Positions 7,045-16,313 of a DNA stretch of 24,000 nt are shown here, piece after piece. The first letter of the stretch is position 1. The number at the start of each line of letters is the position of its first letter. The stretch comes from Clostridium sp. KNHs214. GTDB taxonomy: Bacteria > Bacillota > Clostridia > Clostridiales > Clostridiaceae. The notes beneath the pieces are model-generated. The model searched no databases. It was not told the origin of the DNA and saw only the letters and a program-made list of their open reading frames with translations. Both the position numbers and the translations under genes were made by a program. Location: contig NZ_JQMW01000004.1 of assembly GCF_000744935.1 (NCBI RefSeq), positions 86,869 through 110,868 of the forward strand. Direction: 5' to 3'.

Positions 7045-8657
7045 CAGGTTGTGCGAAAATCCATAATTTATGGTATAATTTAATATATAAGTATTAAATT
7101 TCTATTAAGGGGTTGTTGCAATGAATTATATTTATGGTGATGATAGAAAACAAACAAAAATTGAAATAATGGAAGACTATGTTGATAACGATAGTGAAGT
7201 AAGAATTATTGATAAAATAATTGATGTTATGGATATAGAAAGTATGGGTTTCAAAGTTGGAAATAACGATGAAGTGGGACGACCTAAATTCAATCCAAAA
7301 GATTTATTGAAATTATACGTTTATGGATATTTTTACGGAATAAGATCATCACGTAAATTAGCAAAGCAATGCCTTATTAATAGGGAAGTTATTTGGTTAA
7401 TTAAAGGTATCAAACCTAAGTATAGAGTTATTGCAGATTTTAGAAAAGAAAATGTTGAAGCTCTTGAAAATATTTTTAAAAAATTTTTTAATTACTGTAT
7501 TGAGCTGGGCTTATATGGTAAAGAACTAATTGTTATAGATGGTACTAAAGTAGAGGCTTCCGCATCTAAGAGAAAAAATTACAGCCTAAATAAGCTATCT
7601 AAAATGAAGGAAATAACCCAAAATAAAATTGAAGAATATATGCATGCAATAGAAATTAATGATAATTTAGATGAGAATAAAAATAAAGATTTTGATAAAG
7701 AAGCCATAGAGTCTGCTATAAAAACATTAGAAGAAAAATTGGAATACTACAAACAATTAGATACTCAAATAATATTAAACGATGAAACTGAGATTAATTT
7801 TACAGATCCTGATGCTAAAACAGTAAAATTTGGAGCTAATCAAGGTACTGATTTGGGATATAATGTTCAAGTAGCAGTAGATGCTAAAAATAAACTTATA
7901 GCTGCTTATGATGTTATTAATAATTCAGCAGATCAAGGTCAGTTGTTTAATATGAGTGAAAAAGCTAAAGAAGCTCTTGATGTAGATTCTATAGAAGTTC
8001 TTGCAGATAAGTGATACTTTCATACAGAAGATTTTATTAAATGCGCTGAAGGAAATATTGTAGCTTATGTGTCTAAACCAACGTATTCTAATGGCATAGG
8101 AAATCCAACATATTATACTGATAAATTCAAATATTTAAAAGAAGAAGATGCATATATTTGTCCTGACGGACAAACTTTACATTGTATTACCAAAAAAATT
8201 AATGCTAAAAAGAAAAGATATTGTAATTATGATGCATGTAGTAAATGCAAAAACAAATCTAAATGCACAAATTCATCTAAAGGAAGAACAATAACAAGAG
8301 GCGAAAATGAAAATATTACAGAAGCGGTTAACGAAAGAGTTAAGGAGAATAAATCAAAATGTATGCTTCGCCAAACAATTGTTGAACATCCTTTTGGAAC
8401 ATTAAAAAGGACAATGGGTTTTTACTACTTACTTTTGAGAGGTTTCAAAAAAGTGAGGGGTGAGATTAGTCTTGCCATTTTTACCTATAATTTAAAAAGA
8501 GTAATAAATATTCTAGGAGTTGAAAGGCTCCTAGGAGCCCTTCTTGCTAATATTTATATACATTTTATGAGAAAGAACAAAAAGATTACTATAGTCCCTT
8601 AAAAAAGGAAATAAAGTTTCCAAGTAATCTTTTTATAGTTAATTTACGCACAACCTG
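7045..8657 (+). mobile_element. IS1182-family insertion sequence (1613 bp)
   Basis: Terminal inverted repeats CAGGTTGTGCGAAAAT (7045-7060) and, reverse-complemented, CAGGTTGTGCGTAAAT (8657-8642), 15/16 identical. 4-bp direct repeat CTGG at 7041-7044 and 8658-8661. Confidence 0.85.
7121..8602 (+). pseudogene. IS1182-family DDE transposase with an in-frame TGA
   Basis: N-terminal ...GRPKFNPKDLLKLYVYGYFYGIRSSRKLAKQC...IADFRKEN... is typical of IS1182/IS5-like transposases. Track ORFs 7121-8014 and 8069-8602 share one frame. The TGA at 8012-8014 sits where relatives have Gly in the conserved ADKGY motif (here LADK*YF). Confidence 0.8.
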
Positions 8658-8711
8658 CTGGGTACTACCAAAAAAAGTTGTAGCGGAGCGGAAAACTTCT
8701 TTTGGTTGCTA
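8658..8711 (+). mobile_element. MITE copy 4, right part
   Basis: CTGGGTACTACCAAAAAAAGTTGTAGCGGAGCGGAAAACTTCTTTTGGTTGC|TA. Joining it to 7006-7044 after removing one CTGG gives a full-length copy. Confidence 0.8.
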
Positions 8712-8725
8712 CCGCCAATCCAACA

Positions 8726-8780
8726 CAGGCCAGTCCATTACAGCGGCTTTCGCTTCGCAAGCCTCCGGTTGGACTGCCTG
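8726..8780. other. GC-rich extended hairpin between the MITE and the 3' end of the HD-GHKL gene
   Basis: CAGGCCAGTCCA (8726-8737) pairs with TGGACTGCCTG (8770-8780). The interior holds GGCTT...AAGCC around a GCGAAGC/GCTTCGC mini-hairpin motif. GC content is far above the surroundings. Confidence 0.5.
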
Positions 8781-8823
8781 TTAAATGTAAAACATTTTGC
8801 TTCAAACCATACCATTGTTTCCG

Positions 8824-11298
8824 TTATTTCAAGCAACTATTCTTTTGACTATACTCTGTTTCGATAAATAAAGTTAATAATTCTCTTTGTTCTGGATTTA
8901 AAGTCGCATTATCACGTATCCACATATGTAATGCTTTTCCTATTGCATATGATAATTCTTTCTGTTGAACCTCTCCAATATTGCTTCTTGATACATTAGG
9001 AACAAATTCTGAATTCGTAATATTTACAATAGCCTCTTTTAAAGAAATTCCATCCACGAGATTCGGAATTTTTAATTTTAATCCTGAAAGCAATACATCT
9101 TTTAAATAGCATCGATCTGTATAAATCCAATTGTATTTGCCAATAACCCTACAATCCTTATTATATGGTAATACTATTCGGCTTCCATTGTTTATTACAT
9201 CCTGAACAATAGTAGAAATCTTTACTGGAGTATTTTCACCATGCCCAAACTGATCTCGAAAACCACCTAATGTATATCCTCCAACAATTTTATCACTTGA
9301 CATATCTACCCAAAGGTCGCCATAATCTATTTCTTCTTTCTTTCCCCAAACATTAATCGAATTATAATTTCCAATTTTATTAAGAGCTTCATCATAATCT
9401 TCTAGTACTTCATATGCCTTAAGGAAATCATATTCATCACAATCAGAAATAATCGGAATATTTAATAATCGAATTTTAGCATCTTCAACACAATCTTTAA
9501 TTAATAAGCACTCTTCATCATCCAAAGAGTACTTTTCATTATTATAATAATAACTTTCACATCCATTAATATCCCTTAATTGACCGGCAAAATTAATTTG
9601 CTTATAATTACAATCAATATAAGCCTCTACTCCATTCAAGTACTCATTCAAACATATATTTTGAGTAAAAGTATTTTCTACTCTTTTTAATTTGCACTCA
9701 AGTTCAGTAGCTTCCCCATTCTCCACCATTGAAAGCTTAATTGGAATCCCTGAATAAAGAAAATTGTTTTCAATAAATGATACTATATGCTCTATCTTAT
9801 TATCAAAAACACTTAGACATTGATCATAATCCAATATAATTTCTGTTCCTTGTGGCCTATGTGCATCCTCATACGTCAAACAAATATATTCACTATTTCT
9901 TTCAAATGAAATTCTATTCATTTTATAATCTTCATAATAAACAGTTTTTACCTCAACTTTATCAGATAACATAAAACAAGCTAAAAACCCTATTCCATAG
10001 TGCCCAATCGGAGAATATTTTCTTCCCTGCAGTAAATATTCATCAGATACATAATAAGATACGCCTACATTTAAAAAATATTTTTTTAAGATATTTATAG
10101 ACATGCCACTTCCATTATCCATAATAGTTACTTGTTTTCTATCCTTATCTAGCGTTATAGAAATAAATGGCTGATATTTTTGATATCGAAAATCCTCCAT
10201 TCGCCTCGATGTTTCTTCCATTGTTTTACATGCATCAATTGAATTCTGAATCAGCTCCCTAAGCCCAAATTTTTTATCTCCATAAATATGCTCACCCATC
10301 AATAAATTTGTTACTGCATTATAATCCAGTGATAATCTTAAATCCGAAAAACTAAATCCATTTGTCTGTATTTTATTAATCACATTTGTCTTTAGCACCA
10401 ACAAATACTTTTCACTGGCGTATTTTTCACATAAACTCACTGCATTTTTCAATTCTCCATTAATAGAATCAAAATATTTTAATAATTTTCTATGAACCGT
10501 GGGATTCTGACTAGAACCTTGAAAAATAAGTTCCTTTAATCCAGTGCGTTCATTTAAAAAAACTTTATCATAATTTTCTATAACAAAATGCTGTTTCCAT
10601 TCAAGATCACTATATTCTGTTGGCGCTAAATATTTGTATAAATACAATGGCGCTCGTTGTTCATCAATGTCCAAATAATCTGCAATTCTCAACAATACTG
10701 CAATGTACTGTGAATTCAAAGCATATCTACCTTTTGTTGATTCATAGGATAGATTCTTCTCTATCCATTCAAAATCTTCATTATGCGACATACATATCAA
10801 ACTAATTTCTATTCTGAAAGATATAATTGTTGATTCTGGAATCAAGAACAATTTCTCATCCATATTTTTTTCTATATATTCTTTAGCACGTCTCCCATGT
10901 ATTGGTCTAATACATTCCTGTAAGGCAATCTTTTCTTCTCCAAATTTTTCTAATACTTTGCTATACTTTCTCTCTCCTAAAATTGAATTATCATTTTTAA
11001 TGTCTCTTATTTCATCATTATTTGTTACCATTCCAATATCATGTAATAAAGCGCTATATATTAATGAAATCACCTCTAATTCACTTAATTGATCTATATC
11101 TGATATTAGATTATACATATATTCCATTACATCTATAGAATGTCTAATCCCATGAACTGTATAATTCGTAAAAACATTATTAATTAATGGCAATACATCA
11201 TTTGCATATTTAATAACTTCGTTGAGTTGTGTTAAAAATTTACTATCTTTTTTTCTTAACCACTCATATAGATGTGTCTCTTGTACTTTTTCTATCAA
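8824..11298 (-). CDS. 824-aa protein: N-terminal HD phosphohydrolase domain + Hsp90-like GHKL ATPase domain + ~350-aa uncharacterised C-terminal region
   Basis: HD motifs: H49/H53 (VHGIRHS), H86-D87 (ALLHDIGM), PIHGR, RIADYLD. Bergerat-fold motifs: E348..N352..D355 (LRELIQNSIDA), D394-G398 (MDNGSGM), G435-G437 (GHYGIGFLACF). An RBS-like GGGGGAGG lies upstream of the ATG. Confidence 0.85.
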   Translation of the reverse strand: MIEKVQETHLYEWLRKKDSKFLTQLNEVIKYANDVLPLINNVFTNYTVHGIRHSIDVMEYMYNLISDIDQLSELEVISLIYSALLHDIGMVTNNDEIRDIKNDNSILGERKYSKVLEKFGEEKIALQECIRPIHGRRAKEYIEKNMDEKLFLIPESTIISFRIEISLICMSHNEDFEWIEKNLSYESTKGRYALNSQYIAVLLRIADYLDIDEQRAPLYLYKYLAPTEYSDLEWKQHFVIENYDKVFLNERTGLKELIFQGSSQNPTVHRKLLKYFDSINGELKNAVSLCEKYASEKYLLVLKTNVINKIQTNGFSFSDLRLSLDYNAVTNLLMGEHIYGDKKFGLRELIQNSIDACKTMEETSRRMEDFRYQKYQPFISITLDKDRKQVTIMDNGSGMSINILKKYFLNVGVSYYVSDEYLLQGRKYSPIGHYGIGFLACFMLSDKVEVKTVYYEDYKMNRISFERNSEYICLTYEDAHRPQGTEIILDYDQCLSVFDNKIEHIVSFIENNFLYSGIPIKLSMVENGEATELECKLKRVENTFTQNICLNEYLNGVEAYIDCNYKQINFAGQLRDINGCESYYYNNEKYSLDDEECLLIKDCVEDAKIRLLNIPIISDCDEYDFLKAYEVLEDYDEALNKIGNYNSINVWGKKEEIDYGDLWVDMSSDKIVGGYTLGGFRDQFGHGENTPVKISTIVQDVINNGSRIVLPYNKDCRVIGKYNWIYTDRCYLKDVLLSGLKLKIPNLVDGISLKEAIVNITNSEFVPNVSRSNIGEVQQKELSYAIGKALHMWIRDNATLNPEQRELLTLFIETEYSQKNSCLK

Positions 11299-11316
11299 AA
11301 AACCTCCCCCTTTATT

Positions 11317-11826
11317 CTATATAGCAAACTTATTTTTTAATTCTTCATCAGTTTCTATTTTTTCACCAACCCACGGTTGCAAAAAATATTTGATATGTGG
11401 ATTCACCATGTCTACCATATGATTTTGTCCAGCTGGCGTAATTACAAAATAATGTTGCAATTCAATAATCAAACCATTATTCATCGGTAACTCTAACGTA
11501 TGTGTGCTCTCCCTCAAAAAAGCCTTTATAATCATAACTTTCTCCTGATTCATATTCTTTAAATATTTAATTTGTCCTTCAGAAACTTTCTTTGCAACTT
11601 TTTTATCATGGAAATGGTGATACACTTTTGACATCAAAAGTACAACTAATATTGCTAATGAAACAACAAATACTACCCCGATTACAAAACCATACCGATT
11701 ACGAAACTCCAACATATACAACTTTTTTATAATACGATTAGGCAAAAAAAGCAAAAAACCACTTGCTATTGCTAATGCCCCTAATATATTTGGTGGTAAT
11801 TTCAAAAACTCTATAAAATCCTTCAT
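11317..11826 (-). CDS. 169-aa two-TM membrane protein, SieB-like (superinfection-exclusion B family resemblance)
   Basis: Two N-terminal hydrophobic helices (ILGALAIASGFLLFLP and YGFVIGVVFVVSLAILVVLLM) followed by a soluble tail. The layout and the LKLP...LLFLP...F...YG..IG pattern recall SieB-family proteins from memory. The stop is 18 nt upstream of the HD-GHKL start. Confidence 0.75.
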   Translation of the reverse strand: MKDFIEFLKLPPNILGALAIASGFLLFLPNRIIKKLYMLEFRNRYGFVIGVVFVVSLAILVVLLMSKVYHHFHDKKVAKKVSEGQIKYLKNMNQEKVMIIKAFLRESTHTLELPMNNGLIIELQHYFVITPAGQNHMVDMVNPHIKYFLQPWVGEKIETDEELKNKFAI

Positions 11827-11910
11827 CTTATCACACTTCCTTCTAAACCTTCAATAAATGAATTCCGTATTTTTTCATCATTTATAAGTTAAAACTTATT
11901 TCTCATCATA

Positions 11911-12099
11911 TCAAAACTTAGTTTTTGTATCCCCACACTCTATATCGACCACTACCGAAACATTGATATAATCCTTAATCTCCTTATTCCGCATTTTCTC
12001 ACCCCAATCAGTAAACACAATATACTTGTGAAAGTGCCTGAAATTAAGGATTTCTATATATCTTTCTGCACTCCCCACATAAACCCTGACGAATAGCAA
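11911..12099 (-). CDS. Hypothetical 62-codon ORF reading out of MITE copy 5 (doubtful)
   Basis: The frame opens at the TTG inside the MITE. The sequence is paralogous to 19000-19175, where the same frame is broken by a stop. It may therefore be non-coding. Confidence 0.3.
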   Translation of the reverse strand: MLFVRVYVGSAERYIEILNFRHFHKYIVFTDWGEKMRNKEIKDYINVSVVVDIECGDTKTKF

Positions 12100-12184
12100 A
12101 CATAAACTTCCAGTTTATGTAACAATCCCCGGGGCACTTCCAGAAAAAGGTTATAACGGAGCGAAAAACTTTTTCTGGTTGCTA
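12094..12184 (+). mobile_element. MITE copy 5 (full length, TA..TA)
   Basis: TA|GCAAACATAAACTTCCAGTTTATGTAACAATCCCCGGGGCACTTCCAGAAAAAGGTTATAACGGAGCGAAAAACTTTTTCTGGTTGC|TA. Confidence 0.85.
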
Positions 12185-12251
12185 TCTTCTCCCTTTATTT
12201 ATTTTTTAGCCCTATCGCATTAAATAATATAAAATTCTATTTAACCACCTA

Positions 12252-15200
12252 TTATTTAATGCATCTGATACGTTTTTTAAAATATGTTGGATATTCGTCC
12301 AGCAATTGTTTTACCTTATCAGTCTTTGATTTTATGTATTTTATTATTTCATCTTCTTTTATCAATTTATTTCCTAGTTTATTTGATAGTACTGTTGCTA
12401 GATATCGGTCATTAAAAATTTTTTCACAAATTGATATACTAGTTTGTGAATCAACACCATATTTAATTTTTTTCTGAAGCATCATTAAGCGACTGAGATT
12501 CGTGCTTTCTGAATTTAAAAAATCCATAATATTACCAATTAGAAAATTAAGTTTATACGAAATGTAGTGGCAACATATTTTTTCGACATCCATCATAGTC
12601 TTATCATATGCTTGGCTCATTTCTACGCATGACATACCATGAATCCAATCTTGACACAAATTTGCTGTAATTAAATCCGCTTCATATATTTCATTATATA
12701 ATCCAACTGTCATCTCTATTAATTGCTCTTCTGAGTATGTTTCGTTATTAACATCATATTCTTCAATCCAGCTCTTTACATTTTTTGCAATATCCCTTGG
12801 AAGTATTGCCGCTGAATATTGTTTAATATCTTTTCTATTATTATAAATATCCTCTACTATCGTATAAATAATCATAGATAGGCGTTTTTCCTCTTCTTCT
12901 GTTGCCAAATACATTGCCAAGGTGTTTTGAAATGCTCTAGCTGCCTCTTCCTGCATCTCATTGTAATCATCTAGTATATTATTTTTACAAAGCACATAAC
13001 TTATTTCACTCTCTATGATACCTATTATGCTTTTATAATTTTGAACTTTACTTGTAATATTTCGCCGGTATTGATCTTGGTTTACATCAGGATACCGTTC
13101 TTTAATATCCATCATCAATTCTTCTACAAGAGTATATTCCCATTTTTCACAAAAATTATCACATATATATTTCGTAACAAATTCACCATATACCGTAAGT
13201 TGATAATTTCCTTTAAAGTCTTGGACTACACTTAAAATTGCACTTCCACACGCCTCAGCGTTTTGTGAATCAAATAAATCTGTTGCCTCTTTCCATTCAT
13301 AAAAGCCTCTACCATTCCTTTTATTATCAAAAAGTTTCGAATCTGTAACTATAATACTTCCTTCCGTATAAACACCTGACCTTGCTGTTCTTCCCATCAA
13401 ATTCTGAAAGCTTCTAGTTGTCATCATTTTCTGAGCAGACTTCATACTTGTCATTATTAAATACTTAATAGGAATATTAACTCCCTGAGCCAAAGTTGAT
13501 GTACACGCTATAATTTTTAATTTTTCTTTTCGAAATGCGTATTCAATAGCTATACGTAATCCATTTGGCAAATAAGAATAATGCGGTAATATGCCTATTT
13601 CACATGCTTTAGTATACACATAATCATCACCATAGTACGCTTGAATAAGGTTTTTCAATTTATCTAGTTCATCCATGTCTGCTGATTGTTTTATATTACT
13701 CAAATCATAACTTCTATCCTCTAGTTCAACAACCCGATCTAGTATTTTAGGAATAGATCTTCTTTGATTTAAATATACTGCTATACCACCGTTTTTACAT
13801 AATAAATTCGAATAATATATTGCAACATCTTGTGGTTTGCTCAACTCAGGAAATACTTTCTCTTTTCTTTCCCGTTTTTTCATGCTAAGTTTCGTTATAT
13901 TAATTGCTCTTGGTATATAAAAATCTTCTTCTGAAAAAGAATCTGAATAGTAATGAATTTCTTTTGTTTTTGATGTAAACCCAATTACTTTAGGAGTACT
14001 TCTAATATTTTTGTCATAAGCCAGTATTCCATCTTCTCCAAATGCCCAATGACATATCTTATCAGCATTTGAAAGAACTGCAGACATTAAAACCATTTGA
14101 TGAGTAATTTGTAGATTCGTTGTAATATCTGAAACTAATAATTCATACAATGCCCCTCTACTTTCATCATCAAACATATGACCTTCATCAAAAATATAAA
14201 GATTAATTTCATTTATATAATCTGGTTGATGATGAAATATATATTGCAATTTTTCTGGAGTACATACAAAGATTTTATGCCTTTTTTTATTTTCAAATAG
14301 ACTTTCAAAATCAAATTCTAATACATCCGAAAACTGATTAATTATAACATCTTTCAGAAATGCTCTATGCATATCATCTGTTATCTCGTTACAAAGAGCT
14401 CTTAACGGTGCAACAATTAAGGCAGTATCCCCTCTTTCGGCCAAGAACATTGATCTAATTATTAATTCTATACTTTTTGTTTTTCCAACCCCTGTAGGCA
14501 ATTGAACAACTGCATTCTTCCCTCTTAATATTCCACTTTCCCCAATAAGTTTTTGAGATGGCCATATCAACTTTATTGCATTTTTCTGATTAAAATAAAC
14601 TTTCCATTTTTCTTCTTCTACAGCTGAATATTTCGGAAGAAGTTTTCTCGCAGAATATCCTAGCATAATTCTTAAAACTGCACACAAAACTTCTGAGAAG
14701 AACAAATCCAATGGGCTTCCTTTAATATCCATTTGTTTCTTATACTCATCTGCCTCTTGAAGAACTTGCTCTTCTGTTCCTGTTTGTAAATAATTTTTTA
14801 CTAAATTTAAAAGAGTACTCTCAAAAGATTGTTTTCTTCGACCTGTAAAAAGTAAGTTGAATACTTCAACCAAAATCCCCCTTGTATCATTCTGAATTTG
14901 TTTATCATTTACAGCTTCTGATAGTACTTTTGCACTTCCAAAATCGTCTAAAAAGAAATATGCAGCCGCACCAGAAATCAAGAAATCTTGATCATGTTCT
15001 TCCTGTTCCCTAGCTTTGACAGCTGCATCATAATATTCCGAACAATAATGTAATCTTTCTTTTATTTTGTATTGAGTATCCTTGTCATTATTTATAATTG
15101 CTTCTGCATATTCTGACAATGTTAACACTGTTGGAAAAACCAAATCTCTATAATTTAGTGGAAATTTAGGATGACTATCTTCAGGTATATTATATTCCAA

Positions 15201-15257
15201 AAGTTTCACTTTTGCTTTTTGGTATTTTAACATATATTCAGATCTTCTAGAACTCAC
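12252..15257 (-). CDS. hamB: Hachiman HamB, SF2 DEAD/DEAH-type helicase (1001 aa)
   Basis: Walker A QLPTGVGKTK (G256-T260), motif II IFDEGH (357-360), SAV, QGVNIP, and motif VI QNLMGRTARSG. The GTG start overlaps the hamA stop (GTGA). Confidence 0.8.
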   Translation of the reverse strand: MSSRRSEYMLKYQKAKVKLLEYNIPEDSHPKFPLNYRDLVFPTVLTLSEYAEAIINNDKDTQYKIKERLHYCSEYYDAAVKAREQEEHDQDFLISGAAAYFFLDDFGSAKVLSEAVNDKQIQNDTRGILVEVFNLLFTGRRKQSFESTLLNLVKNYLQTGTEEQVLQEADEYKKQMDIKGSPLDLFFSEVLCAVLRIMLGYSARKLLPKYSAVEEEKWKVYFNQKNAIKLIWPSQKLIGESGILRGKNAVVQLPTGVGKTKSIELIIRSMFLAERGDTALIVAPLRALCNEITDDMHRAFLKDVIINQFSDVLEFDFESLFENKKRHKIFVCTPEKLQYIFHHQPDYINEINLYIFDEGHMFDDESRGALYELLVSDITTNLQITHQMVLMSAVLSNADKICHWAFGEDGILAYDKNIRSTPKVIGFTSKTKEIHYYSDSFSEEDFYIPRAINITKLSMKKRERKEKVFPELSKPQDVAIYYSNLLCKNGGIAVYLNQRRSIPKILDRVVELEDRSYDLSNIKQSADMDELDKLKNLIQAYYGDDYVYTKACEIGILPHYSYLPNGLRIAIEYAFRKEKLKIIACTSTLAQGVNIPIKYLIMTSMKSAQKMMTTRSFQNLMGRTARSGVYTEGSIIVTDSKLFDNKRNGRGFYEWKEATDLFDSQNAEACGSAILSVVQDFKGNYQLTVYGEFVTKYICDNFCEKWEYTLVEELMMDIKERYPDVNQDQYRRNITSKVQNYKSIIGIIESEISYVLCKNNILDDYNEMQEEAARAFQNTLAMYLATEEEEKRLSMIIYTIVEDIYNNRKDIKQYSAAILPRDIAKNVKSWIEEYDVNNETYSEEQLIEMTVGLYNEIYEADLITANLCQDWIHGMSCVEMSQAYDKTMMDVEKICCHYISYKLNFLIGNIMDFLNSESTNLSRLMMLQKKIKYGVDSQTSISICEKIFNDRYLATVLSNKLGNKLIKEDEIIKYIKSKTDKVKQLLDEYPTYFKKRIRCIK

Positions 15258-16090
15258 TTTTTACACCTCTCGTAAACCTCATGTGCTAAATCCATTAATT
15301 TTCTACCATGTACATAGAATACTGCTGTTCCTGTTTTTATTTGCAGTTTATCCCCTTCAATATTAGGAATAACTTTCATTGTTTTCTCGTTAACCTTTTT
15401 TTCAGGAATATTATCCAAACTAGATATTCCTGCTCCAATATATCTAAGCTTATAATTATACCCCTCCTTTGTTTTCTTCTGAAAACGCAAAACATCTTCT
15501 GCCACATTAGTCTTACCCATCATTTTTAATTTCTTTCGCATATAATTAAGCGTTATTGAAACTCGATACTCATCTTTTACAGAATCTAAAACTGCATCTT
15601 CAATTGGATTTGTACTCTTTGATGTCAATTGAGCCTTTACCTCCACTGCCATCAACTTATCTTTTTCACTTGGGCTTTTATCTAAATTATGGAATTTAAA
15701 ACCTATAATGTCCGTTCCATGCTCTGACAAAGTTTTTCCTGACATATTATACTGTCTACATCTTGGAACTTCATAATTATAGACAAACTCCAGTAAATCA
15801 GAAAATAATATCTCACTAATAGTATTTGACCTTGCTGTTCCACCCATTGGATCCGTTTTTTGTGGAATAATATATTTTCTCAAATAATCCTCTACTGGCA
15901 GATTTAACTCTTCACTATCTTCTTCTAGTTCCTCATCTGAAATATAATGTCTTCTTAAATGAAGTGCCCAATCATCAAGTATTGATTCTTCCTCATCATA
16001 ATCTATTTCATAACAGAATAAAGATTTCCCATTATCAAAAATAACATCTTTTTCTTTTGTAAGCCATTTTAGATACTCAGGTTGCATCAT
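15254..16090 (-). CDS. hamA: Hachiman HamA (DUF1837, PD-(D/E)xK-like)
   Basis: 278 aa, directly upstream of and translationally coupled to a large SF2 helicase. Core GGTARSNTISEILFSDLLEF...HGTDIIGF (D127)...LMAVEVKAQ (E150, K152) fits DUF1837. Confidence 0.75.
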   Translation of the reverse strand: MMQPEYLKWLTKEKDVIFDNGKSLFCYEIDYDEEESILDDWALHLRRHYISDEELEEDSEELNLPVEDYLRKYIIPQKTDPMGGTARSNTISEILFSDLLEFVYNYEVPRCRQYNMSGKTLSEHGTDIIGFKFHNLDKSPSEKDKLMAVEVKAQLTSKSTNPIEDAVLDSVKDEYRVSITLNYMRKKLKMMGKTNVAEDVLRFQKKTKEGYNYKLRYIGAGISSLDNIPEKKVNEKTMKVIPNIEGDKLQIKTGTAVFYVHGRKLMDLAHEVYERCKK

Positions 16091-16313
16091 AATTTATCCT
16101 TAGCAGCAAACCGTATATTATGCATATAAATATTACATAATAAGCATTTATTACTTTATTTACAATAAATACCGTCTACTACATTCTCCTCCCCTTATTG
16201 ATTTTTATTTATGCTGACATTCTTGTGCAAAAATACGCTTGACACAGAATGCACAAAGCACTTACATCCTTTCTGTAAGGCAAAATATTAATCTTCTGCT
16301 TATTCTATCTGAA

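Noticed and set aside
8012-8014. The in-frame TGA at a conserved Gly as evidence for an alternative genetic code (UGA=Gly or Trp) or programmed recoding.
   Set aside because: All other long ORFs (1001, 824 and 553 aa) are free of internal TGA. Trp is encoded by TGG throughout, and several genes plausibly terminate at TGA. A GGA-to-TGA nonsense mutation in one IS copy is the simplest reading.
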